DNA of 64,000 nucleotides, taken from the NCBI GenBank assembly GCA_030390025.1, contig CM059431.1, positions 158,908,001 through 158,972,000 of the forward strand. The letters run 5' to 3'. The translations under genes were made by a program, and so were the position numbers. Below, one piece after another: positions 49,101-60,724 of this stretch. The stretch is from Squalus acanthias. Lineage: Eukaryota. Each line of letters begins with the position of its first letter. The first letter of the stretch is position 1. Below the pieces are notes generated by a model. That model was not told where the DNA came from. It was given only the letters and a program-made list of their open reading frames with translations, and ran no database searches.

Positions 49101-50698
49101 GAGGAGGTATTGGCGGTTTTACCAGGTGTAAAAATGGATAAATCCCCAGGTCCGGACGAAATGTATCCCAGGCTGCTGTGTGAGGCAAAGGAGGAGATTG
49201 CGGGGGCTCTAACACATATATTAAGAACCTCTCTGGCCACAGTGGATGTGCCAGAGGACTGGAGAACCGCTAATGTAATACCATTATGCAAGAAAGGGAG
49301 TAGGGAAAAACCGGAGAACTTCAGGCCAGTGAGCCTAACATCAGTGATAGGAAAATTATTGGAAAAAATTCTGAGTGACAAAATCAGTCTCCACTTGGAG
49401 AGGCAAGGATTAATCAGGGTTAGCCAACATGGTTTTGTCAAGGGAAGATCATGTTTGACTAATTTGATTAAATTTTTTGAGGGAGTAACTAGGTGTGTGG
49501 ATGAGGGTAACGCAGTGGATGTGGTATACATGGATTTCAGTAAGGCCTTCGATAAAGTCCCGCACAGGAGACTGGTCAAGAAGGTAAGAGCCCATGGAAT
49601 CCAGGGTGCCTTGGCACATTGGATACAAAATTGGCTCTGTGGCAGAAGGCAGAGGGTGATGGTCGAAAGTTGTTTTTGTGACTGGAATCCTGTGGCCAGT
49701 GGGATACCACAGGAATCGGTGCTGGGTCCCTTGCTGTTTGTGGTCTACATTAACGACTTGGATATGAATGTAAAAGGTATGATCAGTAAGTTCGCGGATG
49801 ATGCAAAAATTGGTAGGGTGGTAAATAGCGAGGAGGGTAGCCTCAGTCTGCAGGACGATATAGATGGGTTGGTCAGATGGGCGGAACAGTGGCAAATGGA
49901 ATTTAATCCGGAAAAGTGCGAGGTGATGCACTTTGGAGGGATTAACAAGGCAAGGGAATACACAATGAATGGTAAGACCCAAGGCAAGACGAAGGGTCAG
50001 AGGGATCTTTGTGTGCAAGTACACAGATCACAGAACAGGTGGAGAAGGTGGTAAAAAAGGCATATGGGATACTTGCATTAATTAGCCGAGGCATAGAATA
50101 TAAGAGCAAGGAGGTTATGATGGAGCTGTATAAAACACAGGTTAGGCCACATCTGGAATACTGTGTGCAGTTCTGGACGCCACACTACAGGAAGGATGTG
50201 ATAGCTTTGGAGAGTGTGCAGAGGAGATTCACCAGAATGTTACCTGGACTGAAGTGCTTCAGCCATGAAGAGAGACTGGGCAGATTGGGTTTGTTTTCCT
50301 TGGAGCAGAGGAGGCTAGGGGGGGAAATGATTGAGGTGTACAAAATTATGAGGGGCATAGGTACGATGGATACTAAGGAGCTTTTTCCCTTAGTAGATGG
50401 CTCTATAACAAGGGGGCATAGATTCAAGGTAAAGGGCGGGAGGTTTAGAAGGGATTTGAGAGAGAACTTTTTCACCCAGAGGGTGGTTGGAGTCCGGAAC
50501 TCACTGCCCGAAAGGGTTGTGGAGGCAGGAACCCTCACAACATTCAAGAAGCATTTGGACGAGCACTTGAAATGCCATAGCATACAAGGCTACGGACCAA
50601 ATGCTGGAATATGGGATTAGATTAGACAGGGCTCGATGGCCGGCGCCGACACGATGGGCCGAAGGGCCTCTATCCGGGCTGTATAACTCTATGACTCT
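46180..50698 (+). mobile_element. Full-length HER1/CR1 LINE with a few frameshifts/stops (ORF1 zinc-finger/zipper + esterase; ORF2 APE-RT)
   Basis: ORF1 46755-about 47712 (CSSCSMWE..KC); ORF2 pieces 47884-48108, 48334-48936 (GDSDHN), 48969-50054 (FADD), 50009-50620; tail CTCTATGACTCTATG. Confidence 0.97.
46182..46526 (+). repeat. Five tandem 69-bp monomers in the LINE 5' UTR, each with a TATA box and splice-donor motif
   Basis: Units start at 46182, 46251, 46320, 46389, 46458; each has CCTATAAAA and AG|GTAAGG. Confidence 0.95.
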
Positions 50699-51186
50699 AT
50701 GAGGGACTTCAATTACGTGGTTAGACTGGAGAAGCTGGGTTTGTTCTCCTTAGAGCAGAGAAGGCTGAGAGGAGATTGTATTGAGGTGTTCAAAATCATG
50801 AGGAATCTGGACAGAGAAGATAGAGAGAAACTGTTCCCATTGGCGGAAGGGTCGAGAACCAGAGGACACAGAATTAAGGTGATTGGCAAAAGAAGCAAAG
50901 GCGACGTAAGAAAAAAACTTTTTTAAGCAGCGAGTGGTTAGGATCTGGAATGCACTGCCTGAACAGGTGGTGGAGGCACATTCAATCACGGCTTTCAAAA
51001 GGGAGTTGGATAAGTATCTGAAGGAAATAAATTTGCAGGGCTATGGAGAACGGGCGGGGGTGTGGGACAAGCTGAAGTGCTCTTGCAGAGAGCCGGCATG
51101 GGCTTGACGAGCCGAATGGCCTTCTTCCATGCTGTAACCATTCTATGATAGAAAACAACTCTTAAAGAATGACAGAAGGCAAACGT

Positions 51187-51258
51187 TTCCCCGTGGTCTC
51201 ATGGTTAGGATTCGGCTCTTTCACAGCCTAAATTCGAGTTCGAAACACAGTCAGGAAA
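51187..51258 (+). pseudogene. Degenerate tRNA-Glu(TTC) pseudogene
   Basis: GTGGTCTCATGGTTAGGATTCGGCTCTTTCACAGCC matches tRNA-Glu D and anticodon arms (anticodon TTC 51220-51222); GTTCGAA T-loop; acceptor and T stems mismatched; T-rich tract follows. Confidence 0.75.
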
Positions 51259-51282
51259 TTATTTTTATTTATTTTATGATTT

Positions 51283-52436
51283 ATGAGGGCACTGTGGTTG
51301 ATGTGGAAGAGCTCACGGGGTTGGGGGTAATGTATTAGAATGGATAGAGGATTGGCTATCTAACAGAAAACAGAGCCGGGATAAATGGTTCATTTTCAGG
51401 TTTGCAAACTGTAACTAGTGGAGTGCCGCAGGGATCAGTTCTGTGGCCTATTTACAATCTATATTAATGTCTTGGATGAAGGGACCGAGTGTAATAAGCC
51501 AAATTTGCTGATGATACAAAGAAAGGTGGGAATGTAAATTGTGTGGAGGACGCAAAGAATCACCAAAGGGATATAGATAGGCTAAGTGAGTGGACACAAA
51601 ACTGGCAGATTGAGCATAAGTGGGAACATGCGAGGTTATCCACTTTGGTAGGAAAAAAAAAATATTATTTAAATGGGGAGAGATTACAAAATGCTGAGGT
51701 ACAGAGGAATCTGGGGGTCCTTGTACATGAATCATAAAAAGTTAGCGTGCATGTACAGCAAGTAATTAGGAAGGCAAATGGAATGTTGGCCTTTATTGCA
51801 AAGGATATGGTATACAAAAGTAGGGAAGACCTGTTACAACTTTACAGGGCGTTGGTGAAACCACACCTGGAGTCGTGCATAGTTTTCGTCTCCTTATATG
51901 GGGAAGGATATACTTGCACTGGAGGCAGTTCAGAGAAGGTTCACGAGGTTGATTCCGGAGATGAAGGGGTTGTCTTATGAAGAAAGTTTGAGTGGGTTGG
52001 GCCTAAACTCATTGGAGTTTAGAAGAATGAGAGCGGATCTTACTGAAACATATATGATTCTGAAGGGGCTTGACAGGGTAGATGCAGAGAGGATGTTTCC
52101 CCTCGTGGGAGAATCTAAAACTAGGGGGCATAAATTCAGAAAATGGGGGCACCCATTTAAAACAGAAATGAGGAGGAATTTCTTCTCTCAGAGGGACGTG
52201 AATCTTTGGAATTCTCTCCCCCAGAGAGCTTTGGAGGCTGGGTCATTGAATATATTTAAGGTGGAGATAGACAGATTTTTGAATGGTAAGGTATCAAGGG
52301 TTATGGGGAGCGGGCAGGGAATTGGAGTTGAGGCCAAGATCAGATCAGCCATGATCTCATTAAATGGCGGAGCAGGCTCGAAGGGCCGGATGGCCTACTC
52401 CTGCTCCTATCTTCTATGTATCTATGTATCTATGTA
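51283..52436 (+). mobile_element. CR1 LINE 3' part
   Basis: ORFs 51543-51737, 51747-51980, 51898-52437; (CTATGTAT)n tail. Confidence 0.9.
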
Positions 52437-52679
52437 ATAAAATTTGAACTGGATCGGAGAATAATTGGGATAGGTCTTCGATGGGATAGAAAGCCAATAG
52501 AAAAGTGAACTGCTGACATCAGCAATGGCTGGAAGATATGTTATAACTGTAGATGAATTAGGAGAATTCCCAATTAACAGATTGCTATTTTAGAGTATAA
52601 TAAAGATATGGGGTGAAATTCGACTTCTGTGGGACACAAAATAAGTGCACCGAGAAAAGAAAATCGGGAGATGTGTATA

Positions 52680-55330
52680 ACATAGGAGTACGAGTAAGCC
52701 ATTCCTCTACTCGGGCCTGCTCCGCCATTCAGTTAGAGCATTGCTGATCTGTATAACAAGTATATTTCGCCCTCCTTGGTTCCAGTTCCATATCCTTTAA
52801 TAACCTTACCTAACAAACATCTTACAATTTATGTTTTGAAAATTTCAATTCACCTAACATTAGCATCTTTTTGGGGAGAGTATTCCAGTCTTTCCACAAC
52901 ACTTTGTGTGAAGAAGCATTTCCTGGCATCATGCTGAACGACCTAGCTCTAATTTTAAGGTTCTGCCCCCCTGTTCTGGACTCCTCCACCAGAGGAAATA
53001 GTTTATGTCGAGCTTATCTTTCAAATCATTTAATCATCTTAAACACATCAATTGGATCACCACTTAATCTACTAAACACAAGAGAATACAAAGCTAGTAC
53101 ATGCAATCTGTCCTCATGTTGCAATTTTTTAGCCCCGGTATCAATCTGATGAATCAGCATTGCATCCCCTGCAAGGCCATTGTATCCTATTGAGGTGCGG
53201 TTCCCAACACTGAAAACAATAACATACGGTCTAACCAGAGCTCTGTAGAACTATATCATAACTTCGAACCCTATGTATTCCAGACCCCTTGAGTTATAGA
53301 AACAGAGAAGATAGGAGCAGGAGTAGGCCATTCGGCCCCTCGAGCTTGCTCCGCAATTAGATGAGATCATGGCTGATCATCCAAACTCAGTACCCTGTAC
53401 CTGCCTTCTCCCCATATTCCTTGATAACTTTAGTTTTAAGAAATATATCTAACGCATTCTTGAAAATATTTAATGATTTGGCCTCAACTACCTTCTGTGG
53501 TAGAGAATTACAGAGGTTCAACACTCTCTGGGTGAAGAAATCCTTCCTCATTTCTGTCCTAATTGGCTTACCCGTGATCCTTAGATTATGACCCCTGGTT
53601 CTAGACTCTCCGAACATCGGGAACATTCTTCCCGCATCAAGTTTGTCCAGACATGATAGAATTGTATATGTTTCGATGAGATCCCATCTCATTCTTTTAT
53701 ACTCCAGCGAGTATAAGCCCAATCGACCCAATCTCTCCTCATATATCACCCCTGCCATCCCAGGTATCAGCCTTGTGAATCTTCGCTGAACTCCTTCCAT
53801 GGCAAGAACATCCTTCCTCAGATAAGGCGACCAAAACTGCACACAATATGAAGGTGTGGTCTCACCAAGGCCCTGTACAACTGCAGCAGGACATCTCTGT
53901 CCCTATACTCAAACCCTTTCGCAATGAAGGCCTTCGTCACCGCCTGCTGCACCTGCATGCTTTCCTTCAGCGACCGGAGCACAAGGACAGCCAGGTCTCG
54001 CTATACTTCCCCTTCTCCCAATCTATTGCCATTCAGATGATTGTCTGCCTTTCTGTTTTTGACACCAAAGTGGATAACCTCGCATTTATGCTCGTTATAT
54101 TGCATCGGCCACGCTTCTGCCCACTCACCCAACCTGTCCAAATCATCCTGGAGTTTCTCGGTATCCTCCTCGCAGCACACACTCCCACCCAGCTTTGTGT
54201 CATCTGCAAACTTGGAGATATTACACTTAGTTTCCTTATCTAGATCATTAATGTATATTGTGAATAGCTGGGGTCCAAGGACCAATCCCTGCGGTACCCC
54301 ACAAGTCACTGCTTTCCACTCGGAAAAAGACCGATTAATTCCTACTCTCTGCTTTCTGTCCGCCAAACAGTTCTCTATCCAAGTCAATACCTTGCCCCCA
54401 ATCCCATGTGCCTTAACCTTACACGCTAATCTCTTATGCGGGACCTTATCAAAAGCCTTTTGAAAGTCCAAATACACCACATCTACTGGTTCTCCCTTAT
54501 CTATTTTCCCAGTTACATCCTCAAAACATTCCGGTAGATTATTCAAGCACGATTTACCTTTTGTAAATCCATGTTGACTTTGTCCAATCCTGTCACTGTT
54601 TTTCAAGTGCTCAGATATTACATCCTTTATAATGGACTCTAGCATTTTCCCCACTACCGATGTCAGGCTTACCGGTCTGCAATTCCCCGCTTTCTCTCTA
54701 CCACTCTTTTTGAATAGTGGGGTAACATTAGCTACCCTCCAATCCATGGGTACAGTTCCAGATTACATCGAATGTTGGAAGATGATCAGCAATGCATCTA
54801 TTATTTATAGGGCCACTTCCTTAAGTACCCTAGGATGTAGATTATCAGGCCCTGGGGATTTATCGGCCTTCAATCCCGTCAATTTCCCTAACGCCATTTC
54901 CCTGCAAATACTGATTTCTTTCAGTTCCTCCCTTTCATCAGACCGTATGTTCTCCAACATCTCTGGGAGGTTATTTGTGTCCTCCTTTTTGAAGACAGAA
55001 CCAAAATATGCATTTAATTGGTCTGTCATTTCTTTGTTCCCCATTATAACTTACCCCGCTTCTGACTTCAAGGGACCCACACTTGATTTCACTAATCTTT
55101 TTCTCTTCACATATCTATATAAGCTCTTACAGTCAGTGTTTATGTTCCCAGCCAGCTTACTTTCATATTCTATTTTCCTCTTCTTAATTAATCCCTTTGT
55201 CCTACTTTGCTGAATCCTAAACTGCTCCCAATCCTCAGGGTTACCACTTTTTCTGAGCAATTTATATGCCCTCTATTTGAATCTTATGCTATCCCTAGTT
55301 TCCCTTGTTAGCCACGGTTGCGTCACCCTG
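52680..55330 (-). mobile_element. Two CR1 LINE pieces (old 3' fragment about 52680-53297; younger ORF2 about 53298-55330)
   Basis: ORFs 54001-54747 (YLDFQKAFDKVPH, KFADDTK), 53387-53842, 54805-55044, 55051-55260. Confidence 0.9.
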
Positions 55331-55529
55331 ATAAAGGGGAACATTCCATGTGCCTGTTAATTATCTTTTTATATCTGGCCACTAGCTTTTAGTGATGTCT
55401 GTATTTGGGCCCGAAACCTATCTGTTCGTCCACAGTTCCTAGATTCACGCAATATCGGAAATAATCTGATCTATAATTCTTGGGACCAAAGTGTATGGCA
55501 TCACTTTCCCACATCTGCCACAGTGTTAC

Positions 55530-56115
55530 CCATGGAGCACAGAACCAGGGAAGTTATGATAAACATTTAGCCATTGCCGGTTAGGCCTCAGGTGGAGTAT
55601 TATTTCCAATTCTCGGCACCATACTTTGGGACTGCTGTTAAGGCCTTGAGGAGTGTGCAGAGATCAGTTGCTGTAATGGTACTAGAGATTCGGGGCTTAG
55701 GTTACATGGGGAGACTGGAGAAGCTGCGATTGTTCTCCTTAGAGCAGAGAATATTACGGGTAGATTTAATAGAGGCGTTCAAAATAATCACTTTTTTGAA
55801 AAAATAATTGAGGAGAATCTATTTACACTGGCAGCAAGGTCGGCAATCAAAGGACATACATTTAATGTAATTGGCAAAAGAGCCAGAAGTGAAATGAGGA
55901 GTTTCTTTCATTATGATCTGGAATGCACTGCCTGAAATTGTGATGGAAGCAGGTTCAGTAGTACATTTCAAAAGTGAATTGGATAAATACTCAAAGGGAA
56001 GAACATCGCAGGACTATATCGAGAGTGCAGATGAGTGGGACTAAATGGATTGTTCTTTCAAAGAGCCGACACAGGCTCGATGAGCCGAATGGCCTCATTC
56101 TGCATGATTCTAGGA
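55530..56115 (+). mobile_element. Old CR1 3' fragment
   Basis: ORF 55574-55807 (VRPQVEYYFQF..RLEKLRLFSLEQR) and GCCGAATGGCCT 3' motif. Confidence 0.8.
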
Positions 56116-57097
56116 TATCGAATTCTAACGCTTTGATTCTAAACCTGTTATAAACGACAAATATACTTGAATACTATTTTACAGCAGCAGGCATTTAGCG
56201 TGTGAGATTGCATTTGCAAGTTTTATTCTGTTAATTGACTCAACTGTCAATAAATGAATTTTTGGTCAAAAAAAATTGATACCTGATCCACTATTGTTAG
56301 GTTAACAGTACGAATGATTTTCCGGTAAGAATAGCAGTGAGACTATCAGAACTCATCATTATTATGGAGTAAATCGGACACCAACCTACAGAGTCCGCAC
56401 ACGTGGAAAAAGGGAAGTAGCTGTACGGTTTTGCCTACTCCACCACAAGCTTCGCTACACCGGTAAACCGCTGATAGATTCAATATGAATGGTACTTGCA
56501 CACTTGATAAACAATAAACACGCCAGAAAATTTAAGGCATGCTCACTTAAGTGTAAGTGAATCTTTCACGGAGTAGTAAACAACATCACTGGCATTGACA
56601 ATTTACTTTCACAAGTGTGGAGTCGCATTCCTTCACATTTTAATTATTGTTGGAGATTTAAAAAAAAACTCTCAATTTCTCTTTCTGTTTCTTTTATCTC
56701 TCTCTTAATTGGAACTTATGTTCTCTCTCTTTCTCTTAATTTCGGTTTCTGCACATGATTTTAAATTCAATTAAATGTTCTAATTTTCACTTCCTGTTTA
56801 AACTCTGGGTGTCTCAGTAAGGATTTATCAACACGCTGTTCCTCGCCCTGTCCACAGAGGTCCCAGGTCCCCTGGAGAGGACGCCACGGTGAAATGGATT
56901 TCTAATTACCGCAGGCAGCAGAGGAAAAGCCAGCTGAAATTTTGTGGGCCGCTGTAAGCAAAATGAACAGTGAGCGCCGATCATTCGCCGCTGAGCGCAA
57001 AATCCGGGCCAATTTTATTTGCACTACTTCACAAATAAACGGCAATTTCGCTGAATTAAAACACCAAAATGGTGCTCAGAATATTTCACGTCCTTAC

Positions 57098-57157
57098 CTT
57101 CTGCTGCGGTTCCTTTGTGTAGTTCCAGATATTCTGGGTTAATTAGCGTTGTGGGTT
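57098..57157 (-). CDS. Candidate 60-nt phase 1-1 stalk exon: (E)PTTLINPEYLELHKGTAAE
   Basis: Acceptor ..ttaaccgccag|, consensus donor GAAG|gtaagg, open frame, about 300 bp downstream of the C2-set exon. Confidence 0.4.
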
Positions 57158-57456
57158 CTGGCGGTTAATGAACACACCCTGGTTAAAGGTCAGTTACACA
57201 ACAAAGTCATGAACACAACCTTCAGTCAAGATCAGCCTGATCATTAAAATCCCTCCTCGGCATGATTCCTGGTGCAGGTCTCGATCTGAATCACAAATGG
57301 TCTGATGCAAATTGAAATAATTCAACTTTTACGCAAAGTTATTAATCCTCTGTGTGGTAACAATGAATACATATTATCTTAGCTCTTCCATCTGCTGTTC
57401 AGAAGACCCCACAGTGAAAAAGGGATCTGTAGCCGGGATCTAATTTAATTACTCAC

Positions 57457-57762
57457 CATAAAAATAGGTATTAAAGGACTATGAAAGGGAAGAGATAGGG
57501 TGGGACAAAGATCGATGATTATAATCTCCGGCAAATAGTCTCTAGTTAATGAGTAACAGTTTGGGCCTTTATCAGGTTGGTCGAACCCATGGTTATCAGG
57601 CTCCAGGTTTCACGTACTGGAACTACTGAGCAATTGTGTTGGTTAAACTCCGCTTCATCGGCCTGTTAACTTGTAGTGCTGGTGAAGTAATATCCCATTT
57701 TAATTTAATCTTTCTTTTAACTGTTTGCCAACGGATTTAATTTATTGTGAGAGTGAGAAACT
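57457..57762 (-). pseudogene. Decayed Ig C2-set (CD80-like) domain exon
   Basis: 306 nt, phase 1-1, acceptor ..atgttcag|, donor TATG|gtgagt. Across two compensating frameshifts reads EFLTLTIN*IRWQTVKRKIKLKWDITSPALQVNR / DEAEFNQHNCSVVPVRETWSLITMGSTNLIKAQTVTH*LETIC / NHRSLSHPIS; inferred Cys>Trp and Trp>Arg at the core positions. Confidence 0.55.
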
Positions 57763-58254
57763 CTGAACATTAAATTAAATTGTGAACCAGAATTTTTATT
57801 TAATATGAATGTTAAAAGTTCATGTTACATCTTGTGACTCCTCTGTGTCTCTTCCCTTTACTGCTTCTCTGTGCTGCTGCTCCAAGTCTGTTTCCGGCTC
57901 CCCCTGCTTCGTGCCTGAAATCACTGCCTTTTACCTGTCTGTTGCTCTCGCTTATTCAGCTCCTTAGTTTTAATGTTTGCTTCCCTTCGCAGCCGGATCC
58001 ATTTTTCTTTCTTTCCCGGTTTCCATTCCCATCAGCTCTATGTCTTATTCTGCCGCAACTTCCCTTCCGCAGATGTATTTTGATTCCACCTGCTCAATGC
58101 CTGAATGTCACATTGCACCTGTAAACGCCTGCAGCTCTACAATCTTCCTACGTCCCTAACACTCTCCCCAACCATTTATTCAGTCCCCCACCTGCAACAA
58201 TCCTAATTGGCCCTTTGCCCTTCCTTTCCTCCTCTTCTTCAAGCTGAACTCTGA

Positions 58255-60530
58255 AGAATTACAGAAATGAGTACAGGAACACTTTCTTAATCGAGATGTT
58301 TCTAGCCCAACGAGGAAGGAAACAGTTCTTGGGAATGAAGTAGGACAAGATCGGATTGTGTTTAAGTGGAAGATTATCTGGCAAATAATTAAGTTTTTCA
58401 GAAGTTATGGTATGGGTCAAAGAAAAATCAACAGTGAAAAAAACCATTTGGAAGAGAGCCAATATCATTGATTTGAGGAGACAACTGGCACAGGTGCACT
58501 GGAAACAAAAACTGGCTGAAGAAACATTAAATAAGCAATGCCAATCCTTTAAGGCAGAGAGTGTTCGGGTACAAACCAAGCATCTTCCCACAAAGAAGAA
58601 AGCATGAGCATTCAAAGCTAGAGCTCCATGGATGACAAAAGCAATAGAGCTTAATATAAAACAGGAAATGGATGTTTATGACAAATATCAGGTATAGAAT
58701 GCAATCGAAAACCAGGTACATTACAGATAGTGCAGGGTGTATGAAAATGGATTTCAAAAGTGGAATGAGAGCGTATTAGAAATGATTAGCAGGTAACATA
58801 AAAGGAAACCCAAACACTTTTCTAAACATATAAAAAGTAAAAGTTTAGTTTAAAGAATGGTGGGGCCCATTTGGGGCAGAATGGGAAATGTCCTCAGGAA
58901 TCAGAAGGTGCTCTGAATGAGTACTTTGCATCTGTCTTCACAAAAGAGGAGGAATAAGATAATGGTGGAGCAGAGGAGCGAACTGTCTTGCTATTAGATG
59001 GGATATTGGATAGGGTAAAGGTAGGTAGAAATGCGGTGGCATCACTTAAAATCAGAAATTCAGCGGGTCGAGATGGGATACATCCCAGCTTGTTGACGGG
59101 ACCTAGGAGTGAGTTAGCAAAAGCACTAACCGTAATCTTTAAATTGGAGAGGTGCCAGATGGTTATCGGATTGCAAAAACGTTGCATCCTTGTTCAAAAA
59201 GGTGAGAAGTGTAAATCAGGTCAGTCAGTCAACTTCAGTGGTGGGAAAACAACTAAAGACCGGGGGAAAGGACATTCATTCTCACTTCGGGAAGCATAAG
59301 GGACAGCCAGCACGGATTTGTTAAAGGCAAATTGTGTCTGACTAACCTGATTAAGTTCTTTGATGAATTAACACAGAGGGCTGATGAAGGTAGTGCAGTA
59401 GATGTTCTATATATGGACCTTCAAAAGGCATTTGTTGAAGTACCCCGTATCAGACTTATTCGGAAAATAGGAGCACTCAGTATTACACGGAGGGTGGTAA
59501 CTTGGGTACCAAATTAGCTGAGGGATAGGAGGCGGAGATTATTATTGAAAGAATGTTTAATTTCTGACTTGAGAAAAGTAGGCAGTGGGGTCCGAAAAGT
59601 GTCGAAATTAGGACCATTGCTTTTCTGTTAATATATAAATTGCGGCCGATACAAAACTGGGAAACGTAGTAAATAGTTAACATGATAGCAGTGGACTTCA
59701 GGAGCATGTAAACAGACTGGTGAAATGGGCAGACACATGACAGATGCTATTTAATGTCATACATTTAACTGTGAAGTGATGCACTTTGGGAGAAACAAAA
59801 TGGCGAGGCAGTATAATCGAACTGATATTTATTTGAGGAGGTGCAAGAGCAGAGGGAACTGTGTTGCATATTCACAGATATTTGAAGGTGGCAGGGCAAA
59901 TTGAGCAGGTGTTTAAAAAGCGTATGGGATACCTGGCTTTGTAAATAAAGGCATTGAAAACAGAAACAAGGAAGCCATGCTAAACCTTTCTAAGTCTATG
60001 GTTTGGCCTGAGCTGGAATATTTTGTATTTTGTACAATTCTGGGGAGCAAACTTTAGGAAGGATGTCAAAGGTCTGGAGAGTGTACAAACGGGGGCATAC
60101 CAGGATGATACCACTGATGAGCGACTTCAGTTATGTGGAGATTGGAGAAGGTTGGATGGTTCTCCTTAGAGCAGAGAATGGTACGGAGCAACCTAATAGA
60201 GGTATTCGAAATCATGAGGGGTTTTGATAGAGCAGGTAGAGAGAAAATATTTGCTCTGGCATGTCTGTAGGTAACTAGAGGCCATACATTTAAAATAATT
60301 CATAAAGGAAATTGTTAAGAGCTGGAATGCAATACTTGAAAGGGTGTTGGAAGCAGATTCCATAGGAACTTTTAACAGACAATTAGACATGTACTTGAAG
60401 AGAACTCATTTGCAGGGTTATGCGGAAATATCTGGGGCATGGCACTTTATTAGACAGCTCTTTCAAAGAGCCGAAATAGGTGTAATGGTCCGAATTAACT
60501 CATTCTTTGCTGTATGATTCTATGATTATA
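58255..60530 (+). mobile_element. Old, heavily decayed CR1 ORF2
   Basis: ORFs 58988-59299 (SAGRDGIHP) and 59332-59517 (CLTNLIKFF, YMDLQKAF); GATTCTATGATT tail. Confidence 0.85.
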
Positions 60531-60724
60531 TTCTACGCTCCGTGCCCGATCTATCTCATTTTCATCCGCCCTCTTGGTCTATATCTGATTCTCGTCCTGC
60601 TTTACTTTCCATCTGTCCCATGCCTGATGATCTTTTCTGCTTCCTTTTCCATCCTGCTGCATACCTAAATCGCCATTCACCAAATAAGATACAGCAAAGC
60701 AATTCTAAGTATTCCAGCAGCAGG

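Larger units (their letters stand above)
45935..51150 (+). mobile_element. CR1 3' fragment (45935-46179 plus 50699-51150) split by the full-length LINE
   Basis: ..KRFTRMIPG (ends about 46178) joins seamlessly to MRDFNYVVRLEKLG (starts 50699). Confidence 0.88.

Noticed and set aside
55519..55547. CACAGTG heptamer plus 12-13 nt spacer plus ACAGAACC, resembling a V(D)J recombination signal
   Set aside because: Poor nonamer that belongs to a CR1 fragment, and no adjacent V/D/J segment; the heptamer at 57410 has no nonamer either.
56370..57010. Apparently unique DNA that might hold exons (also about 41503-42364)
   Set aside because: Has GGGCC/AAT-type termini and AT-rich interiors like the MITE-like piece at 17893; probably DNA-transposon relics whose boundaries I cannot fix.
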